Positions 20,000 to 28,673 of a stretch of DNA of 64,000 bases are shown in pieces. Source of the DNA: a virus (lineage: Duplodnaviria > Caudoviricetes). Location of the stretch: positions 346 through 64,345 of the IMG/VR virus record IMGVR_UViG_2837678835_000002. The stretch is one strand, 5' to 3'. Position 1 is the first letter of the stretch. The number at the start of each line of letters is the position of its first letter. The notes below the pieces were generated by a model, which worked only from the letters and a program-made list of their open reading frames with translations, did not search any database and was not told where the DNA came from. The translations under genes and the position numbers were made by a program.

Positions 20000-21603
20000 G
20001 AGAACCAATTCTCCAAACAGAATGGGCAGAGCTGCGTCGTGAGGCGATGGCGGTGATGCCGTCCGAGGTCTCTGGCCTCCCGGACGTTCTCCTCACCTAT
20101 CAGCAGGAGCTGGTCGCCTCAGTCTCCAACTTCGCTTTGACCGTCACAGACAAGTCCCGGCGAATTGGCGCGACTTGGGGCGTCGGCGCGGCGGCTGTGC
20201 TCACCTCCGGCGCCAAGCGCTCCGCCGGCGGGATGGACACGCTCTATCTCGGCTACAATCTCGACATGGCGCGGGAGTTCATCGACACCTGCGCCATGTG
20301 GGCGCGGGCATTCAACCAGGCCTGCTCGAAGGTCCAGGAATATCTCTTCACCGAAGAAGGCGAGAAGGGCGAGGACCGGGCCATCCAGGCGTTCCGGATC
20401 ACGTTCGCTTCCGGTTTTGAGATCGCCGCGCTCTCCTCGAAGCCCCGCAGCTTGCGCGGCCGCCAGGGCTTCGTCATCCTCGACGAGTTCGCCTTTCACG
20501 ACGATGCCGAGGAGCTGCTCAAGGCGGCGATGGCGCTGCTCATCTGGGGCGGCAAGGTGCTGGTGATCTCGACCCACAACGGCGTCGACAATCCCTTCAA
20601 CCTGCTCATTCAGGAGATCCGCGAACAGCGTCGGCCCGGGAACGTCGTGCGATGCACTTTCGACGACGCCCTGGCGCAGGGCCTCTATCAGCGGATCTGT
20701 CTTATCCGCGGCCGCGAATGGTCGCCGGAAGCCGAGGCGAAATTCCGGGACGAGATCCGGGCGTTCTATGGCGACGGCGCGGCCGAGGAACTCGACTGTA
20801 TCCCGAGCCAAGGTTCCGGCGTCTATCTGACGTCGGCCCAGATCGAGGCGGTGATGACACCGGACACGCCGGTCTTTCGGCTGGCTTGTCCGCAAGGCTT
20901 CGAGCTGAAGCCTGACATCGAACGCGCGGCCTACGTCCAGGCATGGCTCGAGCTTATGGTCTCGCCGTGCCTTGAGACGCTCGATCGGCGCTTGCGCCAC
21001 CACTATGGCTTTGACTTCGGACGGTCGGGCGACCTCTCCGTCCTCGTGCCGATCGCCGAGCAGCGCAACCTCGTCCGGCGCGTGCCCTTCGTCGTCGAGC
21101 TGCGCAACGTGCCGTTCCGCCAGCAGGAACAGATCCTCTTCTGGATCGCGGATCGCCTCCCACGATTCGGCAACGGCCGCCATGACGCCCGCGGCAACGG
21201 CCAGTTCCTCGCCGAATACGCGATCCAGCGCTACGGCGCCCTGGCGATCGAAGCGGTGATGCTCTCCCAGGCCTGGTATCTGGAGAACATGCCGCCGATG
21301 AAGGCGGCGATCGAGGACCGGACGCTGCTGATTGCCCGCGACGCCGACCATAAGACCGATCTTCGCCAGATCCAGATGGTGCGCGGCATCCCGATGGTGC
21401 CGAACGACGCCCGCACGAAAGGCGCCGATGGGGGCCAGCGGCACGGCGACTTTGCCGTCGCGCTCTGCCTCGCCCATCAGGCCGCGAAGGCGGAGGTGAT
21501 GGAATACGGCTACACGCCCGCCTCCGCACTCGATGAAACGGGTGGCCTTGGATTTGCGAGCGGCGGGGGCAGCCTCAATACGGGAGACCGAACGCTATGG
21601 TGA
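19996..21603 (+). CDS. Large terminase (Mu gp28-like)
   Basis: LLTYQQ, KSRRIGATW, LRGRQGFVILDEFAFH, ISTHNG, GFDFGRSGDLS, HGDFAVA. Confidence 0.95.
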   Translation: MREPILQTEWAELRREAMAVMPSEVSGLPDVLLTYQQELVASVSNFALTVTDKSRRIGATWGVGAAAVLTSGAKRSAGGMDTLYLGYNLDMAREFIDTCAMWARAFNQACSKVQEYLFTEEGEKGEDRAIQAFRITFASGFEIAALSSKPRSLRGRQGFVILDEFAFHDDAEELLKAAMALLIWGGKVLVISTHNGVDNPFNLLIQEIREQRRPGNVVRCTFDDALAQGLYQRICLIRGREWSPEAEAKFRDEIRAFYGDGAAEELDCIPSQGSGVYLTSAQIEAVMTPDTPVFRLACPQGFELKPDIERAAYVQAWLELMVSPCLETLDRRLRHHYGFDFGRSGDLSVLVPIAEQRNLVRRVPFVVELRNVPFRQQEQILFWIADRLPRFGNGRHDARGNGQFLAEYAIQRYGALAIEAVMLSQAWYLENMPPMKAAIEDRTLLIARDADHKTDLRQIQMVRGIPMVPNDARTKGADGGQRHGDFAVALCLAHQAAKAEVMEYGYTPASALDETGGLGFASGGGSLNTGDRTLW

Positions 21604-23210
21604 AGGCCGCGATCGTCCGCTTCCAGGATCGCTGGGGCCGCTCGCCGGAAGCTTCGAGCCTCGGCTCGGAATTCGCAACGCCGCAGGAATGGGGGCCCCG
21701 TCGTGTGATCGGCGACGCCGTCGTCTCGGGGCTCGGTCCGGAGCGGCTTGCCGCAATCCTCCGCCAGTCGGCCGACGGCGATACGCGGTCCTATCTGACG
21801 CTCGCGATGGAGATGGATGAGCGCTACCTCCACTATGCGTCGCAGCTGCAGACCCGGCGCCTGGCCATCGAAGGCATCCCGGTCACGATCGAGCACGATG
21901 ACAAGGTGCCGAAAAAGATCGTCGACGCGGTGAACGACCTGGTCGAGGATACCCGCTTCGAGGAGATGGCCGGGACGCTGACCGATGCGATCGGCAAGGG
22001 CTATGCGGTCTCCGAGATCATCTGGGACTATGAGCGCGGTTTCCTTCGACCCGTCGACTACCGCTGGCGCGACCAGCGCTTCTTCCAATACGACGAGGCC
22101 ACCCGGACAGAACTGCGGCTCCGCGACAATGGCGACCCCCGCAATGGTCTGGCGCTGCCGGCGGCGAAGTTCCTCATCCATGAGCCGCGCACCCGGATGG
22201 GGCTGCCGATCCGCCGCGGCATGGCCCGGCCTGCGGCCTGGGCGTTCCTGATCCAGAGTTTTGCCCTCAAGGACTGGGCGAGTTTCGCCGAGATCTACGG
22301 CGTGCCGCTCCGCGTCGGCAAGTTCGGGCCGAACGCCTCGGAGGCAGACAAGCGGATCCTCCTGCAGGCGGTCCGCGCCATTGCCAACGACGCGGCCGCG
22401 ATCATCCCGGCCGGAATGGAAATGGAATTCGCCAAGGTCGAAGGGCAGCACGGTGCCGGCGTGTTCGGTGGGCTGATCGACTATGTCGACAAGCAGGTCT
22501 CCAAACTCGTGCTCGGCCAGACGATGACCTCGGACGATGGTTCGTCGAAGGCTCAGGCGACAGTCCACAACGACGTGCGTCTCGATATCCAGATGGCGGA
22601 CGGCAAGCAGCTCGGCCAGACAATCACGCGAGATCTCGTCGTGCCCTTCGTCGCGCTGAATTTCGGGCCGCAGGAGCTTTATCCGCGAGCCGTCTACCAG
22701 GTCGCTGCGCCGGAGGACCTCGAAGGGCTGAAGAATTACGTTACCTCTCTCGTTCCGCTGGGGCTGAAGGTTTCCCAGCGAGAGATGCGGGAGCGCGGCG
22801 GGCTTTCGGAGCCGGAGGATGGCGAGGAGCTGCTGAGGCCGGCAACGCTGCCAACGGAGGGCGGCGAGAAGGACAAAAAGCCGGAGGGACCGGCAGGCGA
22901 TCCGGCGAAAGGGGACGCGTCGAGGACGGCAAGACTCGCGGCCGTTGGTGCACCAGCTGGCGACGCGATCGACCAGGCGGTGGCGGAGGTGCTCGGCGAA
23001 GAGGATTGGGAGCCTCTCGTCGCACCGATGATCGCGGGGCTCGAGGCAAAGCTCTCCGCTGCGGCCGACCTCGATGAAGCGAGGGCGATCCTCGCAGCCC
23101 ACCTGGCGGCGATGGATCCGAGCGCGCTGGCGGAAAAGCTCACCCAGGCGGTCTTCGCCGCGCGGATCGCCGGGGAGGCGGAAGAGCCTCTGATCGACGG
23201 CGGAGCCTGA
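21597..23210 (+). CDS. Portal (Mu gp29/DUF935)
   Basis: DAIGKGYAVSEIIW, FAEIYGVPLRVGKF, SKLVLGQTMT, VHNDVR. Confidence 0.93.
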   Translation: MVKAAIVRFQDRWGRSPEASSLGSEFATPQEWGPRRVIGDAVVSGLGPERLAAILRQSADGDTRSYLTLAMEMDERYLHYASQLQTRRLAIEGIPVTIEHDDKVPKKIVDAVNDLVEDTRFEEMAGTLTDAIGKGYAVSEIIWDYERGFLRPVDYRWRDQRFFQYDEATRTELRLRDNGDPRNGLALPAAKFLIHEPRTRMGLPIRRGMARPAAWAFLIQSFALKDWASFAEIYGVPLRVGKFGPNASEADKRILLQAVRAIANDAAAIIPAGMEMEFAKVEGQHGAGVFGGLIDYVDKQVSKLVLGQTMTSDDGSSKAQATVHNDVRLDIQMADGKQLGQTITRDLVVPFVALNFGPQELYPRAVYQVAAPEDLEGLKNYVTSLVPLGLKVSQREMRERGGLSEPEDGEELLRPATLPTEGGEKDKKPEGPAGDPAKGDASRTARLAAVGAPAGDAIDQAVAEVLGEEDWEPLVAPMIAGLEAKLSAAADLDEARAILAAHLAAMDPSALAEKLTQAVFAARIAGEAEEPLIDGGA

Positions 23211-23214
23211 CGGC

Positions 23215-24426
23215 GTGGCGACCGAACTCCAGGCCCTGCCGTTCGCGGAGGCGATCGCCGCGCTTCAGCGGCGCGGCAAGCTCCTCAAATCGCAGTTCGC
23301 CTGGCAAGACGACTGGCAGGCAGACCATGCCGCAATGTTCACCGTTGCCAAGTCGACCGGCTTCGACATCCTTGGCGATGTCTTCGAAGGGCTTTCGAAG
23401 GCGGTAGCCGAGGGGCGGACGGTCGCCGAATTCTCGAAAGAGCTGCGGCCGCTCCTCGAGGCAAAGGGATGGTGGGGCCAGCAGCGTGTGGTCGACCCGC
23501 TGAGCGGCGAGGAGACGATCGCCCAGCTCGGCTCGACGCGCCGGCTGCAGTTCATCTTCGACGTCAATATGCGCGTCTCCTACGCGGCCCGTCACTGGTC
23601 AAGCTTCGAGCGCAACAAGAGGGCGCGGCCCTATCTCCGCTACGTCCACCTGGAAGGCCAGGAACACCCGCGGCTGCAGCATCAGGCCTGGCACAACATC
23701 GTGCTGCCGGTCGATCATCCCTGGTGGAATACCCATGCCTGCCCGAACGGCTGGGGCTGTCACTGCACCCTGCAGAGCCTTTCCCAGCGCGACGTCGACC
23801 GGCTGATGGCGCAAGGCGTGCCTCTGAAGTTCGCGGCGCCGGCGACGACGTCCCGCGACTGGATCAACAAGCGGACCGGCGAGATCCTCAAGGTGCCGGA
23901 CGGCATCGACCCGGGCTGGGCTTACAATCCGGGCAAGGCCGGTCGTGACGCCGTCGTGCGGGATGCTCTTTCCGCAAAGGTTGCCGAGGCGCCGGAAGAG
24001 CTGCGGCGATCGGCCATTGCAGACGTCGTTGCATCGGACGAGTTCGCGCGCTTCCTCGAGGATCCGCAAGGCAGTCTGCCGGTGATGGCGATCGGGAGGG
24101 AAATTGCGGACGCCCTCGGCGCTGACACGACGGTTGCCCTCCTGTCGGCCGACACCGTCGTCAAGCAGAAACAGCGCCATCCCGAGCTGACCATCGAGGA
24201 CTATCGGCGGCTGCCCGCCATCGGCATCGATCCGACCCTCGTCGTCCAGGACGGCGAGACCACCATGGTCTACGTCAAAGAGGACGACGATCGCTGGCTG
24301 CACGCGGCCGTGAAAGTGACCAGGTCCCGAAAGGCCGCCTTCCTGACGAGCTTCCGTTTTACCGGTGCGTCGAACATCCGCAGCCTCTTCAGGCGCGGTA
24401 TCAGGGTTCTGCTGGATAGAAGGTAG
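23215..24426 (+). CDS. MuF (gp30) minor head protein with C-terminal BECR/PBECR2-like nuclease domain
   Basis: MuF core (AMFTVAK, RPYLRY, HPWWNTHACPNGWGCHC, GIDPGWAYNPG) plus ~120-aa extension LSADTVVKQKQRHPELTIEDYRRLP...AAVKVTR...FLTSFR. Confidence 0.85.
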   Translation: MATELQALPFAEAIAALQRRGKLLKSQFAWQDDWQADHAAMFTVAKSTGFDILGDVFEGLSKAVAEGRTVAEFSKELRPLLEAKGWWGQQRVVDPLSGEETIAQLGSTRRLQFIFDVNMRVSYAARHWSSFERNKRARPYLRYVHLEGQEHPRLQHQAWHNIVLPVDHPWWNTHACPNGWGCHCTLQSLSQRDVDRLMAQGVPLKFAAPATTSRDWINKRTGEILKVPDGIDPGWAYNPGKAGRDAVVRDALSAKVAEAPEELRRSAIADVVASDEFARFLEDPQGSLPVMAIGREIADALGADTTVALLSADTVVKQKQRHPELTIEDYRRLPAIGIDPTLVVQDGETTMVYVKEDDDRWLHAAVKVTRSRKAAFLTSFRFTGASNIRSLFRRGIRVLLDRR

Positions 24427-24517
24427 GTGCGCGGTGGGGCCTCCCAGGAACCCCACATGGCGGTCCCGCCCTTTCGGACGGTCCTACGGCCGGGAGAATT
24501 GCACCGTGTCACGCGCC
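24427..24517 (+). ncRNA. Candidate ~90-nt cloverleaf RNA with loop-loop pseudoknot
   Basis: Outer stem GCGCG/CGCGC, three internal hairpins, and CTCCC/GGGAG complementarity between loop 1 and loop 3 (see findings). Confidence 0.5.
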
Positions 24518-24575
24518 CGGCCAATATGCGGCCGATCCGTTTTCGATTCAATGAACCTCATTTCATCAGGCCCGC

Positions 24576-24899
24576 ATGACCGACGTCGCTCCGGAGTTTC
24601 AGCCGACCCTCAAATGGCGACGGACCTTGCCGGATCAGACCAGGGACGACTTCGTTGCCCTGTCTGACGGCTTCGAGGTCTGTCGCTTCTACCGCTATCG
24701 GGTGTCGTCCGAGCTCCAGGGACAATGGTTCTGGACGGTCTTTGCCTTCCACCGCACGCCGAACGCAGAGACCGGCGCGATGCAGGGCTTCGTGCGCGGA
24801 TCGGCCCGCGACGCCGCGAAGGTGGCAGAAGCGGCATTCGAGCGGGCGAAAGCCGTCTGGGGCATTCCCGATGTCGTCCGTTTCGCCACAGCCGAATAG
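24576..24899 (+). CDS. Hypothetical protein (possible immunity protein or moron)
   Basis: 107-aa ORF (LKWRRT...GQWFWTV) between MuF and protease. Confidence 0.6.
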   Translation: MTDVAPEFQPTLKWRRTLPDQTRDDFVALSDGFEVCRFYRYRVSSELQGQWFWTVFAFHRTPNAETGAMQGFVRGSARDAAKVAEAAFERAKAVWGIPDVVRFATAE

Positions 24900-25072
24900 C
24901 GGGCCGCTGACACGCGACGACGCTGTCCGACGCTTCCTGCCACGGCCGATTGGCACGAATCGCGCCCACGGCCTTTGAAACCCCTTTGACGGCGATCCTC
25001 GTTCGGACCATTGTCCGGCTTCGACGTCGTCGGCGCCGATTCCCGGCCCGCGGCCTCTATGTCGCATCCTTC

Positions 25073-25090
25073 GTCGGGACATGTCCCGAC
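25073..25090 (+). promoter_or_regulatory. Candidate late-activator site (PI-like)
   Basis: Perfect 18-bp palindrome GTCGGGACATGTCCCGAC ending 36 bp before the protease ATG. Confidence 0.7.
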
Positions 25091-25126
25091 TGAAACGCTT
25101 TGTCCGGGCCTGCAATGGTCCGGTCC

Positions 25127-26260
25127 ATGACAAGCACCGCAGCCCCATCCCTTTCTCCCGTCGCAACGGGCCAGGCAGGCATCGCCGTTTCGACCGGCGA
25201 CGTCGTCGTCGCCCTGGCTGCGGCTGCGGCGACGAGTGCGACGCCGGATTGGATCAAGATCGCGCCGCGCGGCCGGGTTTCGACCCGGGACGGCCGTTCC
25301 TATGCGTTCGATCCCGAAGCCCTGGCCGCTCGCTTCCAGGCGGACGAGGTCAAAGTCCCGATCGACTTCGAACACGCGACCGGCCATCTCGCGGCCAAGG
25401 GGCAGCGGGTCGATGCTGTCGGCTGGATTGAAGAGTTGCAGGCCCGTACCGACGGTCTCTACGGCCGTGTCGATTGGCTCGACACCGGCCGCGCCGCGCT
25501 GACCGCTCGCACCCACCGCTACCTCTCGCCGTCTTTCCCGCATGACGCCGCCGGCAATGCCGCGTGGATCCATCACGTGTCGCTGGTGACCGCGCCGGCG
25601 CTCTCGAACATGCCGGCGCTTGCCGGTGCTCACCTCCAGCAAACCGCAACGGACAATGTCATGAGCGACAAGATCGCGGCCGCCCTCGGGCTTGCCGCAG
25701 GAACCAGCGAGACCGCTCTTCTGTCGGCGATCGACGGCATGAAGAAGAAGCTCGACGAGGGCAAGATCACCACCGCCCTCGGCCTTTCGGCCGGTGCGGG
25801 CGAGACCGCGGTGCTTTCGGCGATCGCCGATCTGCAGAAGAAGCCGGAGGCGAATGGCGAGATCGCCACGCTCCAGGCGGCGCTCTCGACGACGCAGACC
25901 GAACTCGCTGCCTTGCAGGCGACGATGCGCAAGGGCGTGATCGATACCCTGCTCGACACCGCGCTGAAGGAAAAGCGCATCGTCCCCGCCCAGCGTGAGT
26001 CCTATGCCGCGCTCTGCGCGAGCGATGACGGGCTGAAGCAGGTGACGGCGCTGCTTGCCGCGACGCCGGCGGCGCTCGGCGCGTCCGGTCTCGACGGCAG
26101 GTCACCTGGCGAGGGCGGAGAGAAGGTCGTCGACCCCGTCGCGCTCGCCGCCAGGGCCAACGCCTACCTCTCGGCCCAGACGTCCGCCGGGAACGCGATC
26201 AGCTACATCGACGCCTTCGCCCATGTGCAGGCCGAAGCCGAAAAGGAGGCCGGCAAATGA
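25127..26260 (+). CDS. Mu I-like prohead protease / scaffold
   Basis: PIDFEHAT, AVGWI, YLSPSF, LVTAPAL. The C-terminal Ala-rich scaffold may have an internal start at ATG 25661, as for Mu Z. Confidence 0.92.
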   Translation: MTSTAAPSLSPVATGQAGIAVSTGDVVVALAAAAATSATPDWIKIAPRGRVSTRDGRSYAFDPEALAARFQADEVKVPIDFEHATGHLAAKGQRVDAVGWIEELQARTDGLYGRVDWLDTGRAALTARTHRYLSPSFPHDAAGNAAWIHHVSLVTAPALSNMPALAGAHLQQTATDNVMSDKIAAALGLAAGTSETALLSAIDGMKKKLDEGKITTALGLSAGAGETAVLSAIADLQKKPEANGEIATLQAALSTTQTELAALQATMRKGVIDTLLDTALKEKRIVPAQRESYAALCASDDGLKQVTALLAATPAALGASGLDGRSPGEGGEKVVDPVALAARANAYLSAQTSAGNAISYIDAFAHVQAEAEKEAGK

Positions 26261-26637
26261 GCTACGCCCTCAATCGCGACATCCGTTCTTTCGAAGCCGC
26301 CAGCGCGATCGGCGGCTACCTGATCGTCGCCGCCTCCGGCACGGCCGGTGCCATCGCGGCCGCCGTCGCCAAAAAGGGCTTCGGCGTTGCCGAGCGTGTC
26401 GGATCCGAGGCCGGCCAGATGTGCGACGTGACTGTCGCCGGCATGACCGAGGTGATCGCGGGCGGCGATCTCGACTTCGACGATCCGGTCACCGCCGATG
26501 ACTCCGGCCGCGCCGTCAAGGCGGTCGCCGTCGCCGGCGAGACGGTCCGCATCGTCGGCTTCATCCGCGCCGAGGGGACGACGGGAGACATCCTGCCGAT
26601 CCAGGTCGCGCCGAGCCTCCTCGTCACGCCGGCCTGA
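26257..26637 (+). CDS. Head decoration/cement protein (DUF2190-like)
   Basis: GGDLDFDDPVTADDSGRAV; position between protease and capsid. Confidence 0.75.
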   Translation: MSYALNRDIRSFEAASAIGGYLIVAASGTAGAIAAAVAKKGFGVAERVGSEAGQMCDVTVAGMTEVIAGGDLDFDDPVTADDSGRAVKAVAVAGETVRIVGFIRAEGTTGDILPIQVAPSLLVTPA

Positions 26638-26717
26638 CGGCTGGCGGTCCGCTTCACCCTTAAGCTCCTCGCGCAGCTCTTCGCTGGTGGAGCCTCGAAG
26701 AACAGGAATTCCGCCCG

Positions 26718-27689
26718 ATGGCACCGAACCGTCCGTTTCCCGTCGATCCGACCCTGACCGCCTTTGCGATCGGCTACCGCAACCCGGCCTATGCCTTCAT
26801 CGCCGACGACGTCCTGCCGCGGACGCCGGTGATGGGGGAGCGCTTCTCCTGGACCGAGTATCCGCTCGAGGAAGGGTTCCGCGTCGTCGACAACCGTGTC
26901 GGCCGGACCGGACGGGTTCCGCGGGTCGAGTTCACCGGCTCGCGCAAGGACTCCTCGGTCGAGGACTTCGGATTGGAGGCGCCGATCCCGAACTCGGACA
27001 TCCGCGAGGCCGAACGGATGAAGGCGCAGGGCCTCGGCAACTTCGACCCGCGTCAGCGCGCCGTGATGGGGATCGAAGACTACAACCAGATCAATCGCGA
27101 GATCCGCGTCGCAACCCTCGTCCAGAGCCCTGCGAGCTACCCGACCTCGCAGAAGATGGCTTTGTCGGGGACCGACCAGTTCTCCGACTACGACAATTCC
27201 GATCCGATCGGCGTCCTCAAGGACGTTCTGGACTCCACGCTCGTCTTCCGACCGAACCAGGTGACGATGGGCCATCGCGACTGGACGATCCTGTCCTCGC
27301 ACCCGAAGCTGATCAACGCCGTGAAGGGCGGACTGACGACGGAAGGAATGATCACCCGTCAGCAGTTCGCCGATCTGTTCGAGCTGAAGAAAGTGCTCGT
27401 CGGCGAGGCCTACATGGACGCCGCGAAATACGGCCATGCCGCCGACATCAAGCGGGTCTGGGGCGGCAACATGGTCTTCCAGTTCGTCAACCCGTCGGCC
27501 GACGTCAACGCGGGCACGATCACCCACGGCTTTACCGCCACCTACGGCACCAAGATCTCCGGCTCTCTGCCCGATCCGAACGTCGGCCTCGAGGGCGGCG
27601 AGACGGTGCGCTCAGGCGAGCGGATCAAGGAGCTGATCGTCGCGCCCGGGGTGAGCTTCCTGCTCCAGGACGTCGTCGCTCCGGCCTGA
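26718..27689 (+). CDS. Major capsid protein
   Basis: PFPVDPTLTAFAIGYRN...IADDVLP...SDPI; size and position. Confidence 0.9.
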   Translation: MAPNRPFPVDPTLTAFAIGYRNPAYAFIADDVLPRTPVMGERFSWTEYPLEEGFRVVDNRVGRTGRVPRVEFTGSRKDSSVEDFGLEAPIPNSDIREAERMKAQGLGNFDPRQRAVMGIEDYNQINREIRVATLVQSPASYPTSQKMALSGTDQFSDYDNSDPIGVLKDVLDSTLVFRPNQVTMGHRDWTILSSHPKLINAVKGGLTTEGMITRQQFADLFELKKVLVGEAYMDAAKYGHAADIKRVWGGNMVFQFVNPSADVNAGTITHGFTATYGTKISGSLPDPNVGLEGGETVRSGERIKELIVAPGVSFLLQDVVAPA

Positions 27690-27763
27690 TCCTGCGGACG
27701 TAGAGCCGGCCACGGCGGCGAGCCGCCGGCGCCCTTAGCGAGTTTCCTGAAAGGCTTTGAACG

Positions 27764-28348
27764 ATGGTGAAAGACACCTCCAAGACCAGGACGGCCAACA
27801 CCCTGCTGGCATCCACCACCGCGGCTTCGAACCCGCCTCCTGCTTCGCCGGCGACGCCCGCGGCGGCAAATCCCGCCGTCACCGGGACGCCTCCGGCCGA
27901 TGCGCCAGCGGTGAAGGTCACCACCGAGGCTGCAACGCAGCCGGTGCTCGAATCCGTCCAGACATCCACTGGTCCCACCGGCGAGCCGCGGTCGGCTGAG
28001 ATCGAGCCGCAGCTGCCTCGCTCCGCGGCGTTCCGGGCCCGGGCTGATGCCAGCTTCGATCCTGAATTCTCCGCCACCGGGCGTTCGACCTATGCCGGCA
28101 CGCTCCCCGCCAAGACGCGGGTCCTGGCGAGCGGCGAGCGGATCGAGATCTCGGCGGTGGCGCCCGACACCGAGACCCGAAAGTTCACCGCGGCAATCCG
28201 GATCCTGAAATCGAAGGTGCTCTACGAGCCCGGCGCCAAGGTGCCGCTGACGCGGATCGACTTCGAGGCCAAGCGCTCGCGGGGATCGATCCTCGAGCGC
28301 TTCTTCGAGGACGGCGAGGAAGCCGGCGAGACGGCTTCGGCGGGGTAG
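27764..28348 (+). CDS. Ala/Pro/Thr-rich hypothetical protein (stop codon inside the tRNA gene)
   Basis: ORF follows the capsid gene; TAG at 28346-28348 is tRNA positions 8-10. Confidence 0.65.
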   Translation: MVKDTSKTRTANTLLASTTAASNPPPASPATPAAANPAVTGTPPADAPAVKVTTEAATQPVLESVQTSTGPTGEPRSAEIEPQLPRSAAFRARADASFDPEFSATGRSTYAGTLPAKTRVLASGERIEISAVAPDTETRKFTAAIRILKSKVLYEPGAKVPLTRIDFEAKRSRGSILERFFEDGEEAGETASAG

Positions 28349-28412
28349 CTCAGAGGTAGAGCGCCGGACTCATAATCCGGTGGGCGCAGGTTCGATTCCT
28401 GCCCCCGCAACC
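28339..28412 (+). tRNA. tRNA with CAT anticodon (Met-type; Ile2 not excluded)
   Basis: GGCGGGG-TA-GCTCAGAGGTAGAGC-G-CCGGA-CTCATAA-TCCGG-TGGGC-GCAGG-TTCGATT-CCTGC-CCCCGCA-A-CC; 1:72 is a G:A mismatch; full CCA not encoded. Confidence 0.9.
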
Positions 28413-28418
28413 GAACCG

Positions 28419-28673
28419 CCGGTGGACGGTGCTTGGTGCCGCCGGCAACCGGCGCGGCCCGATATCCCAGGGCCGCGCCACCCGGATACCCGAGCGCGCT
28501 CGTCGACAGGCGCGAAACGGACGGACGGCTGCAGCGACGAGGCGGCCCTCCAGCGACGCGGATCGCTCAAGGCCTCCGGCCATCCGCTCCGATACCCAGG
28601 ACCGGTCCGGTACGGCTCGCAAGGCTCCCGGCACCCGATGGGGACCTTCGAAGGTAGGGGCGCAGCCCGCCGG
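28419..28673 (+). ncRNA. Candidate ~255-nt structured RNA between tRNA and ACP gene
   Basis: Nested long-range stems CCGGTGG/CCGCCGG and GGTGCCG/CGGCACC enclose several hairpins (see findings). Confidence 0.5.
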
